A stretch of 53,990 nucleotides of DNA from contig JANLHG010000020.1 in assembly GCA_024654575.1 (NCBI GenBank), positions 1 through 53,990 on the forward strand, given 5' to 3'. Shown one piece after another: positions 1 through 9,851 of the stretch. Below the pieces are notes generated by a model, which was given only the letters and a program-made list of their open reading frames with translations, made no database searches and had not been told where the DNA came from. Origin of the DNA: Patescibacteria group bacterium. GTDB taxonomy: Bacteria > Patescibacteriota > Minisyncoccia > Phycocordibacterales > PALSA-1337. Within the stretch, counting starts at the first letter, position 1; the number at the start of each line of letters is the position of its first letter. The translations under genes were made by a program, and so were the position numbers.

Positions 1-1589
1 CTATTTCTGATGATGAAATTGTTTATAAAGAAAATAAAACAAAACTTTATACGTTCAAGTATTGGAAGGACTTCCCTATCTCCATCGCTACGACTCGTCC
101 TGAAACAAAACTTGGTGACACTGGTATTGCTGTAAATCCAGAAGATATTAGATATAAAAAATATATTGGGAAAGAATTTGAGGGTAATTTCGCTGGTACT
201 AATCTTAAGATAAGAATTGTTTCTGATTCTTCAGTTGATCCAGAATTTGGTACTGGTGCCGTTGGGATTACTCCTGCTCATAGTATGATTGACTACGAAA
301 TTGGCGAAAAAAATAATTTACCAGTTATTCAAGTTATTAATGAATACGCAAGAATATCAATAGATAACCCAGAATTTAAAGATAAAAAAACTACCGAAGC
401 AAGAGATCTTATTATTGAATGGATTAGAAAAGAAAATTTACTTGAAAATGAAGAAGAAATAACTCAAAATATTGCAACTGCTGAAAGAACTGGTGGTGTT
501 GTTGAACCGTTACCTAAATTACAATGGTTTGTAAATGTTAATAAACCAATTCCAGAACGAGATAATAAAACTCTTAAAGACATAATGCGATATGCTGTAC
601 AAAGTAAACAAATAAATATTTTACCAGAATATTTTGATAAAACTTATTTTCATTGGATTGATAATTTGCGTGATTGGTGTATTTCTAGACAAATATGGTT
701 TGGACATCGTATACCAGTTTGGTATAAAGGCGATGAAGTATATTGCGGTATTGAAGCACCAAAAGAAAATGGATGGGAACAAGATGAAGATACACTTGAT
801 ACTTGGTTTTCTTCTGGATTATGGACATTTTCTACACTTGGTTGGCCTGAAAAAACAAAGGATTTGGAATTGTATCATCCCACGAGTGTACTTGAAACTG
901 GTTATGATATTTTATTTTTCTGGGTAGCTAGAATGATTCTTATGTCAGGATATCTTCTTGGCACCGTTCCTTTTAAGACGATATATCTCCATGGTATTGT
1001 TCGTGATGAAAAAGGTCGAAAAATATCAAAATCCCTAGATAATAACGCTGATCCCGTTGATCTTGGTAAAAAATATGGTTCAGATGCTGTCCGTTTAGGT
1101 CTTATTATTGGTACTGGTCCGGGTAATGATTCAAAAATTAGTGAAAATAAATTAAAGGGTTATAAAAATTTTGCCAACAAAATTTGGAATATCGCTCGGT
1201 TTATTTTAAGCACTAATGAAAACGTAGAATATGATGAAAAGTTTAGTGAATATACTGATGAAGATAAAAAATTAATAAAAGATCAGAGTAATTTATTATT
1301 GGAGATTACTAAAGAAATGGATGAGTATAAATTTTATTTAGTAGGTGAAAAGATATACCACTATGTATGGCATACGTTTGCTGATATCATTATTGAAGAT
1401 AGTAAAAATATTTTTGCAGGAATTGATAATTATGCAATTTTATCTAGAAAACAACTCTTATTTCATTCTCTCGGCTTTATTTTAAAAATACTTCATCCTT
1501 TTATGCCGTTTATTACTGAAGAAATTTGGAGTTTATCACCACTTAATAAAAATAAAACACTGCTTCTTGTGGAAAAGTGGCCAATTTAA
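1..1589 (+). CDS. valS: Valine--tRNA ligase (5' part outside window)
   Basis: Frame is open from base 3 (ISDDEIVY...IATTRPET). Motifs DWCISRQIWFGHRIP, DTWFSSGLW, GYDILFFWVARM and KISKS. Ends without the C-terminal coiled coil. Confidence 0.97.
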   Translation, partial: ISDDEIVYKENKTKLYTFKYWKDFPISIATTRPETKLGDTGIAVNPEDIRYKKYIGKEFEGNFAGTNLKIRIVSDSSVDPEFGTGAVGITPAHSMIDYEIGEKNNLPVIQVINEYARISIDNPEFKDKKTTEARDLIIEWIRKENLLENEEEITQNIATAERTGGVVEPLPKLQWFVNVNKPIPERDNKTLKDIMRYAVQSKQINILPEYFDKTYFHWIDNLRDWCISRQIWFGHRIPVWYKGDEVYCGIEAPKENGWEQDEDTLDTWFSSGLWTFSTLGWPEKTKDLELYHPTSVLETGYDILFFWVARMILMSGYLLGTVPFKTIYLHGIVRDEKGRKISKSLDNNADPVDLGKKYGSDAVRLGLIIGTGPGNDSKISENKLKGYKNFANKIWNIARFILSTNENVEYDEKFSEYTDEDKKLIKDQSNLLLEITKEMDEYKFYLVGEKIYHYVWHTFADIIIEDSKNIFAGIDNYAILSRKQLLFHSLGFILKILHPFMPFITEEIWSLSPLNKNKTLLLVEKWPI

Positions 1590-1592
1590 TTT

Positions 1593-2291
1593 ATGTCTTC
1601 AATTTCACTAATTTATGCACTTTTGGCTAGCATCGTTCCAGTTTTCTTGTGGCTTTGTTTTTGGTTGAGAGAAGACCGTCTTCATCCAGAACCACGTTTA
1701 TTTATTTTCCTCGCTTTTTTAGGTGGAATGTTAGCTGTTCCAATAGTTTTACCTATTGAACAGTTTGTGAATAATCATTTCAGTGATACCTCAACAATTC
1801 TTTTCTTGTGGGCATTTACTGAAGAATTTACAAAGTACTTTATAGGGTTTGCTTTTGTTTTAAGGAGAAAATTTGTTGATGAACCGATTGATGTAATTAT
1901 ATATATGATTACGATAGCACTTGGTTTTGCAGCGTTGGAAAATACTTTTTTTATATTAAAACCAATTTTAGAAGGAGATGTCGTTCGTACTATTATTACT
2001 AGCGATATGCGTTTTATGGGTGCTACTTTGCTTCATGTCGTATCGTCAGCTATTATTGGTTCTGCTATAGCTCTTTCATTTTTTAAAAATAAAATTATTA
2101 AAATATTTTCGCTGTCTTTCGGTATTATTTTAGCTACTTTTTTTCATATGATATTTAATTTTTTTATCACAAAAGGACAAGTTTCAGATGCTTTCACTGT
2201 GTTTGTGTCTGTCTGGGTTGCTTCAATAATTCTATTGTTGATTTTTGAGAAAGTGAAGTTATTCACACCTGTGCAAGAATCAAATGTGTAG
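1593..2291 (+). CDS. PrsW-family intramembrane glutamic protease
   Basis: Multi-TM protein with EExxK (TEEFTKY), GFAALEN, LLH and FHMIFN motifs. Confidence 0.88.
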   Translation: MSSISLIYALLASIVPVFLWLCFWLREDRLHPEPRLFIFLAFLGGMLAVPIVLPIEQFVNNHFSDTSTILFLWAFTEEFTKYFIGFAFVLRRKFVDEPIDVIIYMITIALGFAALENTFFILKPILEGDVVRTIITSDMRFMGATLLHVVSSAIIGSAIALSFFKNKIIKIFSLSFGIILATFFHMIFNFFITKGQVSDAFTVFVSVWVASIILLLIFEKVKLFTPVQESNV

Positions 2292-2318
2292 TATACTATA
2301 AACATAATAATCTAATTT

Positions 2319-2783
2319 ATGTCAAAAGAAAAAATATCATTTTTTGAACGTCTAACTGGCTCAGTAAAAGCTAGTGATGAAATTGAGGAAAAAGCCTCAA
2401 AAGTAAAAAATAGTTCGAATTGGAGTTTGGAAGAAGAGGAAGAAGAAAAAGATGGGCAACTTACTGTTGATGTTTATCAAACACCTGATGATATTATAAT
2501 AAAAACTATGGTTGCTGGAGTAAAACCGGAAGATTTAGATATTTCTATTACTAGAGACATGGTAACTATCAAAGGAAAGCGAGAAGAAGAAAGAGGTATC
2601 AGAGGAGATGATTTTTTTACGAAAGAACTTTACTGGGGTACTTTTTCTAGAGTTATTACTTTACCTCAAGAAATAGATGTGGAAGAAGCTGAAGCACTCG
2701 AAAGACACGGTCTACTCATAGTTCGTCTTCCAAGAATAGACAAAGGTAGACAAACGAAACTGAAGGTTAAATCAAACGGCTAA
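2319..2783 (+). CDS. Hsp20/alpha-crystallin family protein
   Basis: VDVYQT...AGVKPEDLDISI...VTIKGKR...FSRVITLP...GLLIVRLPR. Confidence 0.93.
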   Translation: MSKEKISFFERLTGSVKASDEIEEKASKVKNSSNWSLEEEEEEKDGQLTVDVYQTPDDIIIKTMVAGVKPEDLDISITRDMVTIKGKREEERGIRGDDFFTKELYWGTFSRVITLPQEIDVEEAEALERHGLLIVRLPRIDKGRQTKLKVKSNG

Positions 2784-2789
2784 TTAATT

Positions 2790-2864
2790 TGGTGCCTGGG
2801 GGCAGAATCGCACTGCCGACCTGTCCCTCTTCAGGGGAACGCTCTACTACTGAGCTACCCAGGC
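2790..2864 (-). tRNA. tRNA-Phe(GAA), CCA encoded, with atypical A18 and G55
   Basis: Reverse complement GCCTGGGTAGCTCAGTAGTAGAGCGTTCCCCTGAAGAGGGACAGGTCGGCAGTGCGATTCTGCCCCCAGGCACCA folds as a cloverleaf; anticodon loop CTGAAGA. Confidence 0.93.
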
Positions 2865-2869
2865 AATTT

Positions 2870-3100
2870 TTATTTCAATATATCTTCAATTCCTGTTCCG
2901 CTATAAATCGCCGTGAGTTGATTTACATATGGTTTTATTGCCACATAAGCACCAAAGGAAAACAAAATAATAACAATCCAATATCCGTATTGCATCACTC
3001 TTCCCCACCGCGCCGAACGTTGCATTTTTTTTAAAATGACATTATTCTCTTTTGCAAGAGAAGCGGTTTCTTCTAAAATTTCTCGTTCTTCTGGAGTCAT
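2870..3100 (-). CDS. Small single-TM hypothetical protein
   Basis: 76-aa ORF with one hydrophobic helix; a TATACT -10-like box lies just upstream of the ATG. Confidence 0.75.
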   Translation of the reverse strand: MTPEEREILEETASLAKENNVILKKMQRSARWGRVMQYGYWIVIILFSFGAYVAIKPYVNQLTAIYSGTGIEDILK

Positions 3101-3146
3101 AGAAATAGTATAACAAAAAACGAAAAAAATGCTATAGTTTTTATAT

Positions 3147-3218
3147 GCTCTTGTAGTTCAACGGATAGAACAACCCCGTCCTAAGGGGTAGATGTCAGTT
3201 CAATTCTGGCCAGGAGCA
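3147..3218 (+). tRNA. tRNA-Arg(CCT)
   Basis: GCTCTTG acceptor pairs with CAGGAGC; anticodon arm ACCCC-GTCCTAA-GGGGT; T-loop TTCAATT. Confidence 0.93.
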
Positions 3219-3221
3219 CAA

Positions 3222-3458
3222 TTATTTTATCCCTAATGTTGTAGAGAGTTTCTCTTTATCAAAGCCGATAGTGATATCCCCATCAATATCAATAACAGGT
3301 ACACCCATTTGTCCGCTTTTTTCTATCATTTCTTTTCGTTTTTCTGTATCTTCACCTACATTATATTCCGTATATTGAATATTATTTGTCTTAAAAAATT
3401 CTTTAGCTTGATTACAATATGTACAAGTTGGTGTTGAATAAATTGTTACATTTTTCAT
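3222..3458 (-). CDS. Glutaredoxin/NrdH-like redoxin
   Basis: YSTPTCTYC (CxxC) and GQMGVPVIDIDG...GFD. Confidence 0.92.
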   Translation of the reverse strand: MKNVTIYSTPTCTYCNQAKEFFKTNNIQYTEYNVGEDTEKRKEMIEKSGQMGVPVIDIDGDITIGFDKEKLSTTLGIK

Positions 3459-3471
3459 ATGATTTATTTTT

Positions 3472-3711
3472 TTATCTTTTAATATCTGACATTATACCAT
3501 TATATGCGTTGGCTACGCTTTCTTTGATAAATATCAGCGGACTGTTTCCTTCGGCTACATCTTTTGGTGCATCAATGGAAGCGAATTCCATTTTTATAAA
3601 TGAAAGCCAAATCACAAAAATAATTCCAGTGATCGCTAATGATACCGAAAAAACAACAGTTTTTTTATGGTGATCTGATTTTTTTCTCAAATTTTCAATA
3701 ATTTTACTCAT
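3472..3711 (-). CDS. Small single-TM hypothetical protein
   Basis: 79-aa ORF with one TM, tightly spaced with its neighbours. Confidence 0.7.
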   Translation of the reverse strand: MSKIIENLRKKSDHHKKTVVFSVSLAITGIIFVIWLSFIKMEFASIDAPKDVAEGNSPLIFIKESVANAYNGIMSDIKR

Positions 3712-3716
3712 AATAT

Positions 3717-4328
3717 TTATTGATTAGCTAAGAGAATTACAACGTCCCCTTCTTTACCATCCAAATCTTTTTTCTTGATAGTTAATTTATCAAGTGGTTC
3801 CGACTTTTCTCCGCTCTCTTTTACGAAAATTTTTAAAGAAGCATCATCGTAATACATAGGAATTATTATTTTTGGTTCAAGTGATACTGCGAATTTATAT
3901 GATTCTGAGGGTGAAAGTATTTCGTTGTTCACTGGTGTAAAAAGAATGTCAATTTCCTCTAAAGCTTCTTTCGTGGAGTTTATTAGGTTGATATCTTTTA
4001 AAGCACCCAAAAAACAAATATTCATACCTTCAAGGGATACTAAATAAATAGTATTAATTCGTTCTTCAACTGATTTTGATAAAAATCCTCTTATAAACAC
4101 CCCTTTAGTTTCATATTCTCCTGGGCCAGAAATAACAAAGGGTTTGGCCTCTCCATGGGATACTTGGTCAATACCATTAAAATCAGGATGATTGGTCGTA
4201 ATAAGAGCAATATCTGCTCCAAAACGACTTGTTTTTAATTTTGAATCTTTGGAAATTGGATTAAAAGCCAATGTCGTATTACCGAATTGTACCTTAAAGA
4301 ATTCTCCACCTTGATATGTAATAATCAT
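3717..4328 (-). CDS. MBL-fold (Lactamase_B_3-like) protein with a degenerate metal motif
   Basis: ADIALITTNHPDFN, GPGEYETKGVFIRG, LEPKIIIPM; the HxHxDH motif is only partly retained. Confidence 0.82.
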   Translation of the reverse strand: MIITYQGGEFFKVQFGNTTLAFNPISKDSKLKTSRFGADIALITTNHPDFNGIDQVSHGEAKPFVISGPGEYETKGVFIRGFLSKSVEERINTIYLVSLEGMNICFLGALKDINLINSTKEALEEIDILFTPVNNEILSPSESYKFAVSLEPKIIIPMYYDDASLKIFVKESGEKSEPLDKLTIKKKDLDGKEGDVVILLANQ

Positions 4329-4463
4329 AAAATAGATTATAGCATTATTTTAAAACTAGACAAAATCAATATTTCCCCATATACTTGAGCACGTTATTAG
4401 TCACATGCAAGATAACCACGCAAATTGTTTTATTATTAAAAAGCGGAACTTGCGTATAAAAAT

Positions 4464-5597
4464 ATGTTAAAAAAAATAAAAGAAAAGATTTTGGGTGAGC
4501 ATAAAAATGTGGTACAGGCAGAAGTTGAAAAAGAGTCCATAATGACTAAGTTTTTTAACGATTCTTTAACTCCTCCAAATGCTGGAGATGTTGTAGAAGG
4601 TCCCGTTATTGGTATTGAAAAGAGTGTTGTTTACGTTGACCTTAATCCTTACGGGACTGGTATCATTTATGGTAGAGAATATATAAGTGCTAGAGATATT
4701 ATTAAAAAAATTAACATTGGAGATAGTATTGCAGCTAAAATTGTTGATACAAATAATAAAGATGGATATATTGAGCTTTCTCTAAAAGAGGCACGTCAAG
4801 CATTGATTTGGAATGAGGCGGAAAAAGCTATTAATGAAAGAAAAATTCTTGAATTACCTGTTGTTGAAGCTAATAAAGGAGGATTACTTATAGAATGGCA
4901 AGGAATTATTGGTTTTCTTCCAGCTTCTCAATTAAAAACAGAGCATTATCCGCGAGTGGCAGATGGAGATAAAGATAAAATTCTTGAAGAGTTAAAGAAA
5001 TTTGTGGGACAACGAATTGCTGTTTCAATAATTTCTGCTCTTCCCAAGGAAGGTAAGCTTATTTTCTCTGAAAAAAATCCAGTTGAAAAAGATAAAGAAA
5101 AAATTATTGGTCATTATAGCGTAGGCGATACAGTTGAAGGTTCCATAACTGGAATTGTTGATTTTGGTATTTTTGTGAAGATTGAAGATGGATTAGAAGG
5201 ACTTGTTCATATTTCTGAAATTGATTGGTCACTTGTAGAAGATCCTCGCCTATTTTTCAAAGTCGGTGAGAAAGTTGATGTGAAAATCATTGAAATAAAA
5301 GATGGTAAAGTTTCGCTTTCAATTAAAGCTCTTAAAGAAAATCCATGGGTTCATGCAGTCGGAAAATATGAAAAAGAAAAGGTGGTTGAAGGTGTGGTCA
5401 TAAAATTCAATAAACACGGTGCTTTAGCGTCTATAGAAGAAGGTATTGCTGGACTTGTTCATATCTCAGAGTTTGGAAGTGAGGCAAAACTTAGAGAAAA
5501 ACTAGAGCTTGGTAAAAAATATAGTTTCAAAATTACTCTTTTTGACCCTAAGGAACAGAAAATGGCTCTCTCGTTTGTTGATAAAGAGAAGAAATAA
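4464..5597 (+). CDS. rpsA: 30S ribosomal protein S1 (four S1 repeats)
   Basis: Repeated S1 domains (GFLPASQL, FGIFV...EGLVHISEI, GLVHISEF). Confidence 0.9.
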   Translation: MLKKIKEKILGEHKNVVQAEVEKESIMTKFFNDSLTPPNAGDVVEGPVIGIEKSVVYVDLNPYGTGIIYGREYISARDIIKKINIGDSIAAKIVDTNNKDGYIELSLKEARQALIWNEAEKAINERKILELPVVEANKGGLLIEWQGIIGFLPASQLKTEHYPRVADGDKDKILEELKKFVGQRIAVSIISALPKEGKLIFSEKNPVEKDKEKIIGHYSVGDTVEGSITGIVDFGIFVKIEDGLEGLVHISEIDWSLVEDPRLFFKVGEKVDVKIIEIKDGKVSLSIKALKENPWVHAVGKYEKEKVVEGVVIKFNKHGALASIEEGIAGLVHISEFGSEAKLREKLELGKKYSFKITLFDPKEQKMALSFVDKEKK

Positions 5598-5600
5598 AAC

Positions 5601-6128
5601 TTACTTATTAAACTCAGTCATTGCTTTTTCACGACCTTCGGCGATTATCATTTCAATCGCTTGAGTAACTCTTTTAGACACTTTTTTCAATTCGACTAGT
5701 TCGGATGGTTTAAATTTACCTAAAATAAGTTCTTCAATTCCCTTTCCATCTTTTGGAAGTTTTAGTTTACCTGAACTAGTTGTTGGGCAAATTCCAACTC
5801 TTATCCTTATGAACTCCTCAGTTTTTATGGTTTTGATTATTGATTCAACTCCCCTATGTCCACCAGCACTTCTGTTGAATGAAATTTTAAACTTCCCTAT
5901 CGGAAAATTGAAATCATCGTGAATGACTATTAATTTTAAAGCTTTCTTTTTATTAGTGATAATTTTTTTTAGAGCCAAACCAGATTTATTCATAAAAGTA
6001 TCAGGAGCAATCAGAGTCATCCCTTTATTTTTTATTTTTTCCAGGCCCTCAAGCATAATACGTCCAGTATTATGCCTAGTATTTACATATTCTTCTCCGG
6101 GATTACCAAGTCCAACAATATACCACAT
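5601..6128 (-). CDS. pth: Peptidyl-tRNA hydrolase
   Basis: IVGLGNPGEEYVNTRHNTG, TFMNKSG, IHDD, GGHRGV. Confidence 0.96.
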   Translation of the reverse strand: MWYIVGLGNPGEEYVNTRHNTGRIMLEGLEKIKNKGMTLIAPDTFMNKSGLALKKIITNKKKALKLIVIHDDFNFPIGKFKISFNRSAGGHRGVESIIKTIKTEEFIRIRVGICPTTSSGKLKLPKDGKGIEELILGKFKPSELVELKKVSKRVTQAIEMIIAEGREKAMTEFNK

Positions 6129-6186
6129 AAAATTAAAATTAATTGTTGACTTATTATACTACAAAAGATAAAATCTAAACAATATT

Positions 6187-6762
6187 ATGGAAGTAGAACA
6201 TAAATTTGAGAATAAGAGTCAATTTTTGAAAGAAGTTATACAATTTGTTCTCATTGTTCTGATTGTTGTCCTTCCAATCAGATTTTTTATTGCTCAACCA
6301 TTTGTTGTTAGTGGAGAATCTATGGATTCAACATTTAATAATGGTAATTATTTGATAGTAGATGAATTGAGTTACAGATTTAGTAATCCTAAGCGTGGAG
6401 ATGTGGTAATTTTTAAGTATCCATATGATCAAAAACGGTATTTGATTAAACGATTAATTGGTTTACCTCTTGAAACTGTCAAAATGAAAAGTGGAATTAT
6501 TACTATAGAAAATCAAGATGGTGAATTCGTTTTGTCTGAACCTTATATTGACTCTAAAAACAATCTTTTGTATGGAGATTTGGAAGTTATTCTTCAAGAT
6601 GATGAATATTTTGTTTTAGGAGATAATAGAATAGCTAGTTCTGATTCTAGAATCTGGGGTAATCTTTCAAAAAATCTTATTATTGGAAGGCCGATTATCC
6701 GCCTTTTTCCTTTTAATAGTATAGAAGTTTTGCCTGGTTCATACAATAAATATGTCCAATAA
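6187..6762 (+). CDS. lepB: Signal peptidase I
   Basis: N-terminal TM, SGESM (catalytic Ser), IKRLIGLP (Lys), GDNRIASSDSR. Confidence 0.96.
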   Translation: MEVEHKFENKSQFLKEVIQFVLIVLIVVLPIRFFIAQPFVVSGESMDSTFNNGNYLIVDELSYRFSNPKRGDVVIFKYPYDQKRYLIKRLIGLPLETVKMKSGIITIENQDGEFVLSEPYIDSKNNLLYGDLEVILQDDEYFVLGDNRIASSDSRIWGNLSKNLIIGRPIIRLFPFNSIEVLPGSYNKYVQ

Positions 6763-7930
6763 AAATTTAAATGAATCTGCGGAGATAGCTGTTTATTATG
6801 GTTTTAGTCCAATAGAAACTCCAGAAATTAAAAAAGTAGATATTAATAATTGTAAAAATCTATTTTATGATGACGTTGTTGAAGACGAAGGTGAAGAGAC
6901 CGAAACAGTATTACCTCTACATGTTGAAGAAAAATCTTCAATCTTAAGAATCTATGTTGAAAAAAAAATGGATTCCTTACCTCAACCTGTATATTTATAC
7001 ATAAAAGGTAATTTTAAAAATAGCTTAAAGAAAAAAAATAGTTCTTATTCTAGATATTGTGATTTAGAAATAGTTGGCGATTCAAAAAGTATTTCTGAAG
7101 CCATTCTCATTCAGACATCAATAGTTATCTTGGCGAATGAGGGATATAAGGATGTATGTGTAGAAATAAATTCTATTGGAGATAAGGATTCCCAGGCTCG
7201 TTTTCTGAAAGAATTAAATCAATACTATCGAAAAAATGCAAACCAAATACAACCTTGTTGTAAGGAAGCATTAAAGAGTGATGTATTTGAGTTACTTCAT
7301 TGTAAAAATGAAAAATGTCATTTGTTAAAAATGTCTGCACCTAAAACAATCGCCTACCTTGGAGAAGCTAGTCGAGAACATTTTAAAGAAGTTCTTGAGT
7401 ATTTGGAAGCTTTAGATATCCCTTATAGAATAAATAATAACCTTATTGGTAATAGAAAATATTGTTCAGATACGATATTTGAAATTATTGATATGGATAG
7501 TACTTCAAAAGTAAAAAAAACACTTGCGGTTGGTGTCAGATATGATGGATTATCAAAACGTCTTGGTTTTAAAAAAGAGGTGGGAGGAGTCGGTATTTCC
7601 CTACTCATTAAAAGAAAAGCAAAAGAAATTAAAAGAAAAATAAAAACTCCAACACTATATTTTATTCAATTAGGGTTTGAAGCAAAATGTAAAAGTTTAC
7701 AAATTATAGAGATGTTGCGACAAGCTAAAATAGCAGTTTATCACTCACTTGGTAAAGATAAAATGACTGCTCAGATGAATGTATTGGAAAAATTAAAAGT
7801 GACTCATACTTTGCTTATGGGTAAAAAAGAAGCAATAGAAAAAACAATAATAGTAAAAGATATGACAAAACGATCTCAGGAAACAGTTCCTATTAATAAA
7901 CTTGTTGCATATTTAAAAAAAAGGTGTTAG
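6752..7930 (+). CDS. Degenerate histidyl-tRNA synthetase-like protein with anticodon-binding domain
   Basis: YGFSPIETP (motif 1), HFKEVLEYLEALDIPY, GVRYDGL (GGRYD-like) and a C-terminal HGTP anticodon-like domain; motif 2/3 arginine signatures are not recognisable. Confidence 0.8.
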   Translation: MSNKNLNESAEIAVYYGFSPIETPEIKKVDINNCKNLFYDDVVEDEGEETETVLPLHVEEKSSILRIYVEKKMDSLPQPVYLYIKGNFKNSLKKKNSSYSRYCDLEIVGDSKSISEAILIQTSIVILANEGYKDVCVEINSIGDKDSQARFLKELNQYYRKNANQIQPCCKEALKSDVFELLHCKNEKCHLLKMSAPKTIAYLGEASREHFKEVLEYLEALDIPYRINNNLIGNRKYCSDTIFEIIDMDSTSKVKKTLAVGVRYDGLSKRLGFKKEVGGVGISLLIKRKAKEIKRKIKTPTLYFIQLGFEAKCKSLQIIEMLRQAKIAVYHSLGKDKMTAQMNVLEKLKVTHTLLMGKKEAIEKTIIVKDMTKRSQETVPINKLVAYLKKRC

Positions 7931-7941
7931 CATAGCCAAAT

Positions 7942-8193
7942 ATGATAAATGTAGAAGTCAGCAGAAATAATAATGAAAATAGTGTAAGTATAATTCGCCG
8001 ATTTACCAAAAGAGTACAAGGTTCAGGTGTACTCCCTAGGGTTAGAGGTATTAGATATGCTTCTAGAAAACTTTCTTATTATAAAACAAAAATGAAAACC
8101 TTGAAGTCTATCAAGAGAAAGTTGGAAATAGAAGAATTGATTAAACTTGGGAAAATGCAAGAAAAACCGAGTAAATTTATTAAAAAGAAATAA
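7942..8193 (+). CDS. rpsU: 30S ribosomal protein bS21-like
   Basis: Small basic protein, VEV...NENSVSIIRRFTKRVQGSGVL...R...Y. Confidence 0.75.
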   Translation: MINVEVSRNNNENSVSIIRRFTKRVQGSGVLPRVRGIRYASRKLSYYKTKMKTLKSIKRKLEIEELIKLGKMQEKPSKFIKKK

Positions 8194-8579
8194 TGATTGA
8201 AGAGTCTTTTACTTTAAATAAATCTCTAAAAGGCAAGCTCCCACGCTTGCCTTTTGAGTTAATAAAAAATGAAATATTAGGTAAAAAATACATTCTCACT
8301 CTTAATTTTGTATCTAATGATGAATCTCAAAAATTAAATATGAAATATAGAAACAAAAATGAGCCGACTGATATTTTGAGTTTTCCTTTAAGTGATAAAG
8401 AAGGAGAAATATATATTGATCTAGCATCAAGTAAAAAAGAGATGAAAAAATTTGGGAGAAAATTTGATAATTTTATAGGTTTTCTTTTTATACACGGATT
8501 AGTTCACCTTAAAGGATTTGATCATAGTGATAAAATGGAAAAAGAAGAAATTAGATATAGAGCACTTTTCAACATATAA
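8193..8579 (+). CDS. ybeY: rRNA maturation RNase YbeY
   Basis: LNMKYRNKNEPTDILSFP, GEIYI, HGLVHLKGFDH. Confidence 0.95.
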   Translation: MIEESFTLNKSLKGKLPRLPFELIKNEILGKKYILTLNFVSNDESQKLNMKYRNKNEPTDILSFPLSDKEGEIYIDLASSKKEMKKFGRKFDNFIGFLFIHGLVHLKGFDHSDKMEKEEIRYRALFNI

Positions 8580-8613
8580 AAAATTAAATATGCGTTATAA
8601 TAGATATATATCT

Positions 8614-9762
8614 ATGTCTACGAATATTATTACAGGAATTGATGTCGGCACACAACAGATAAAAGTTGTAGTGTGTCAACGTGCTGGAGAGAATGAAAAA
8701 ATGCCTAAAATTATAGGTATGGGAGTTGTGGAAACCAGAGGATTACGTCATGGTTATATTACTGATCAAGGTGAAGTTGTAAAAAGTATAAAGATGGCTA
8801 TTGCTCAGGCGGAAAAAACAGCAAAATTAAAAATTAGAAAAGCTTTTGTTTCTATTGGTGGTATTGGACTTAGTAGTATTGTGTCACAAGGTTCAGTTAT
8901 TATTACTCGTGCGGATTTAGAGATAACAACTTTGGATATCAAGAAAGCTTATGAATCTAGTGAACATGAAATTCCTTCAACTTATATTCAAAATCGAAAA
9001 ATTATTCACACTATTCCATTAAGTTACAAAATTGATGGTAAGGTAGCAATGGGTAAACCGGAAGGAATGAAGGGTGCTAAATTAGAGGTTAAAAATCTTT
9101 ATATTACTTGTTTTGAACAACACTTAAATTTTATGATATCTGCTGTTGAAGATGCTGGAATAGAGGTTGAAGATGTTATGGCGTCCCCTATTGCTGGAGG
9201 TTTAGTGATTCTTTCTAAACAACAAAAAACAGCAGGTTGTGTTTTAGCTAATATTGGAGCAGAAACAGTTTCTATTGTTGTGTTTGAAAATAACATTCCA
9301 ATTTCACTTGAAATTTTTGAGATAGGTTCTACTGATATTACAAACGATATTGCCTTAGGGTTGAAAGTTTCTTTGGAAGAAGCTGAACAAATTAAAGTTG
9401 GTTCTATAACTACTACTTCATATCCTAGACGTAAACTTGAAGAAATTATAAATGCTCGTCTATCGGATATTTTTGAATTAATAGAAACACATTTGAAAAA
9501 AATCGGAAGAAGTGGTCTTCTACCTGCGGGGATTATAATTACAGGTGGAGGCTCTGGTATTAATATGATTGAAGATTTCGCAAAATCTTCATTAAAATTA
9601 CCTTCAAAAATTGCTATGAGAGATTCACCGTGGGTGATTGCGTACGGACTTTGTGTTTTTGGATTCACGGCTGAAGGTGAAGGTACTATAAATATACATT
9701 CAAAGATTTTTAATAAAACTAAAAATAAATTTATGGGGTGGGTAAAATCACTTCTTCCTTGA
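8614..9762 (+). CDS. ftsA: Cell division protein FtsA
   Basis: GIDVGT, GLRHGYITD, TNDIALGLK...AEQIK, ITGGGS; lies directly before ftsZ. Start moved to the ATG at 8614. Confidence 0.95.
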   Translation: MSTNIITGIDVGTQQIKVVVCQRAGENEKMPKIIGMGVVETRGLRHGYITDQGEVVKSIKMAIAQAEKTAKLKIRKAFVSIGGIGLSSIVSQGSVIITRADLEITTLDIKKAYESSEHEIPSTYIQNRKIIHTIPLSYKIDGKVAMGKPEGMKGAKLEVKNLYITCFEQHLNFMISAVEDAGIEVEDVMASPIAGGLVILSKQQKTAGCVLANIGAETVSIVVFENNIPISLEIFEIGSTDITNDIALGLKVSLEEAEQIKVGSITTTSYPRRKLEEIINARLSDIFELIETHLKKIGRSGLLPAGIIITGGGSGINMIEDFAKSSLKLPSKIAMRDSPWVIAYGLCVFGFTAEGEGTINIHSKIFNKTKNKFMGWVKSLLP

Positions 9763-9851
9763 TTGAGAATTAGAGCATAGTTTAATTATTTCACAAGCTT
9801 TCCCTTTTGCTCTTCTTTTTGCTATTATGTACCCACTAATCCTTAATAAAT

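Noticed and set aside
2789-3034. ORFs overlapping tRNAs (also 13839-14024) and the many short antisense ORFs in the track
   Set aside because: They are shadows of tRNAs or of well-supported genes on the opposite strand, with no motifs of their own.
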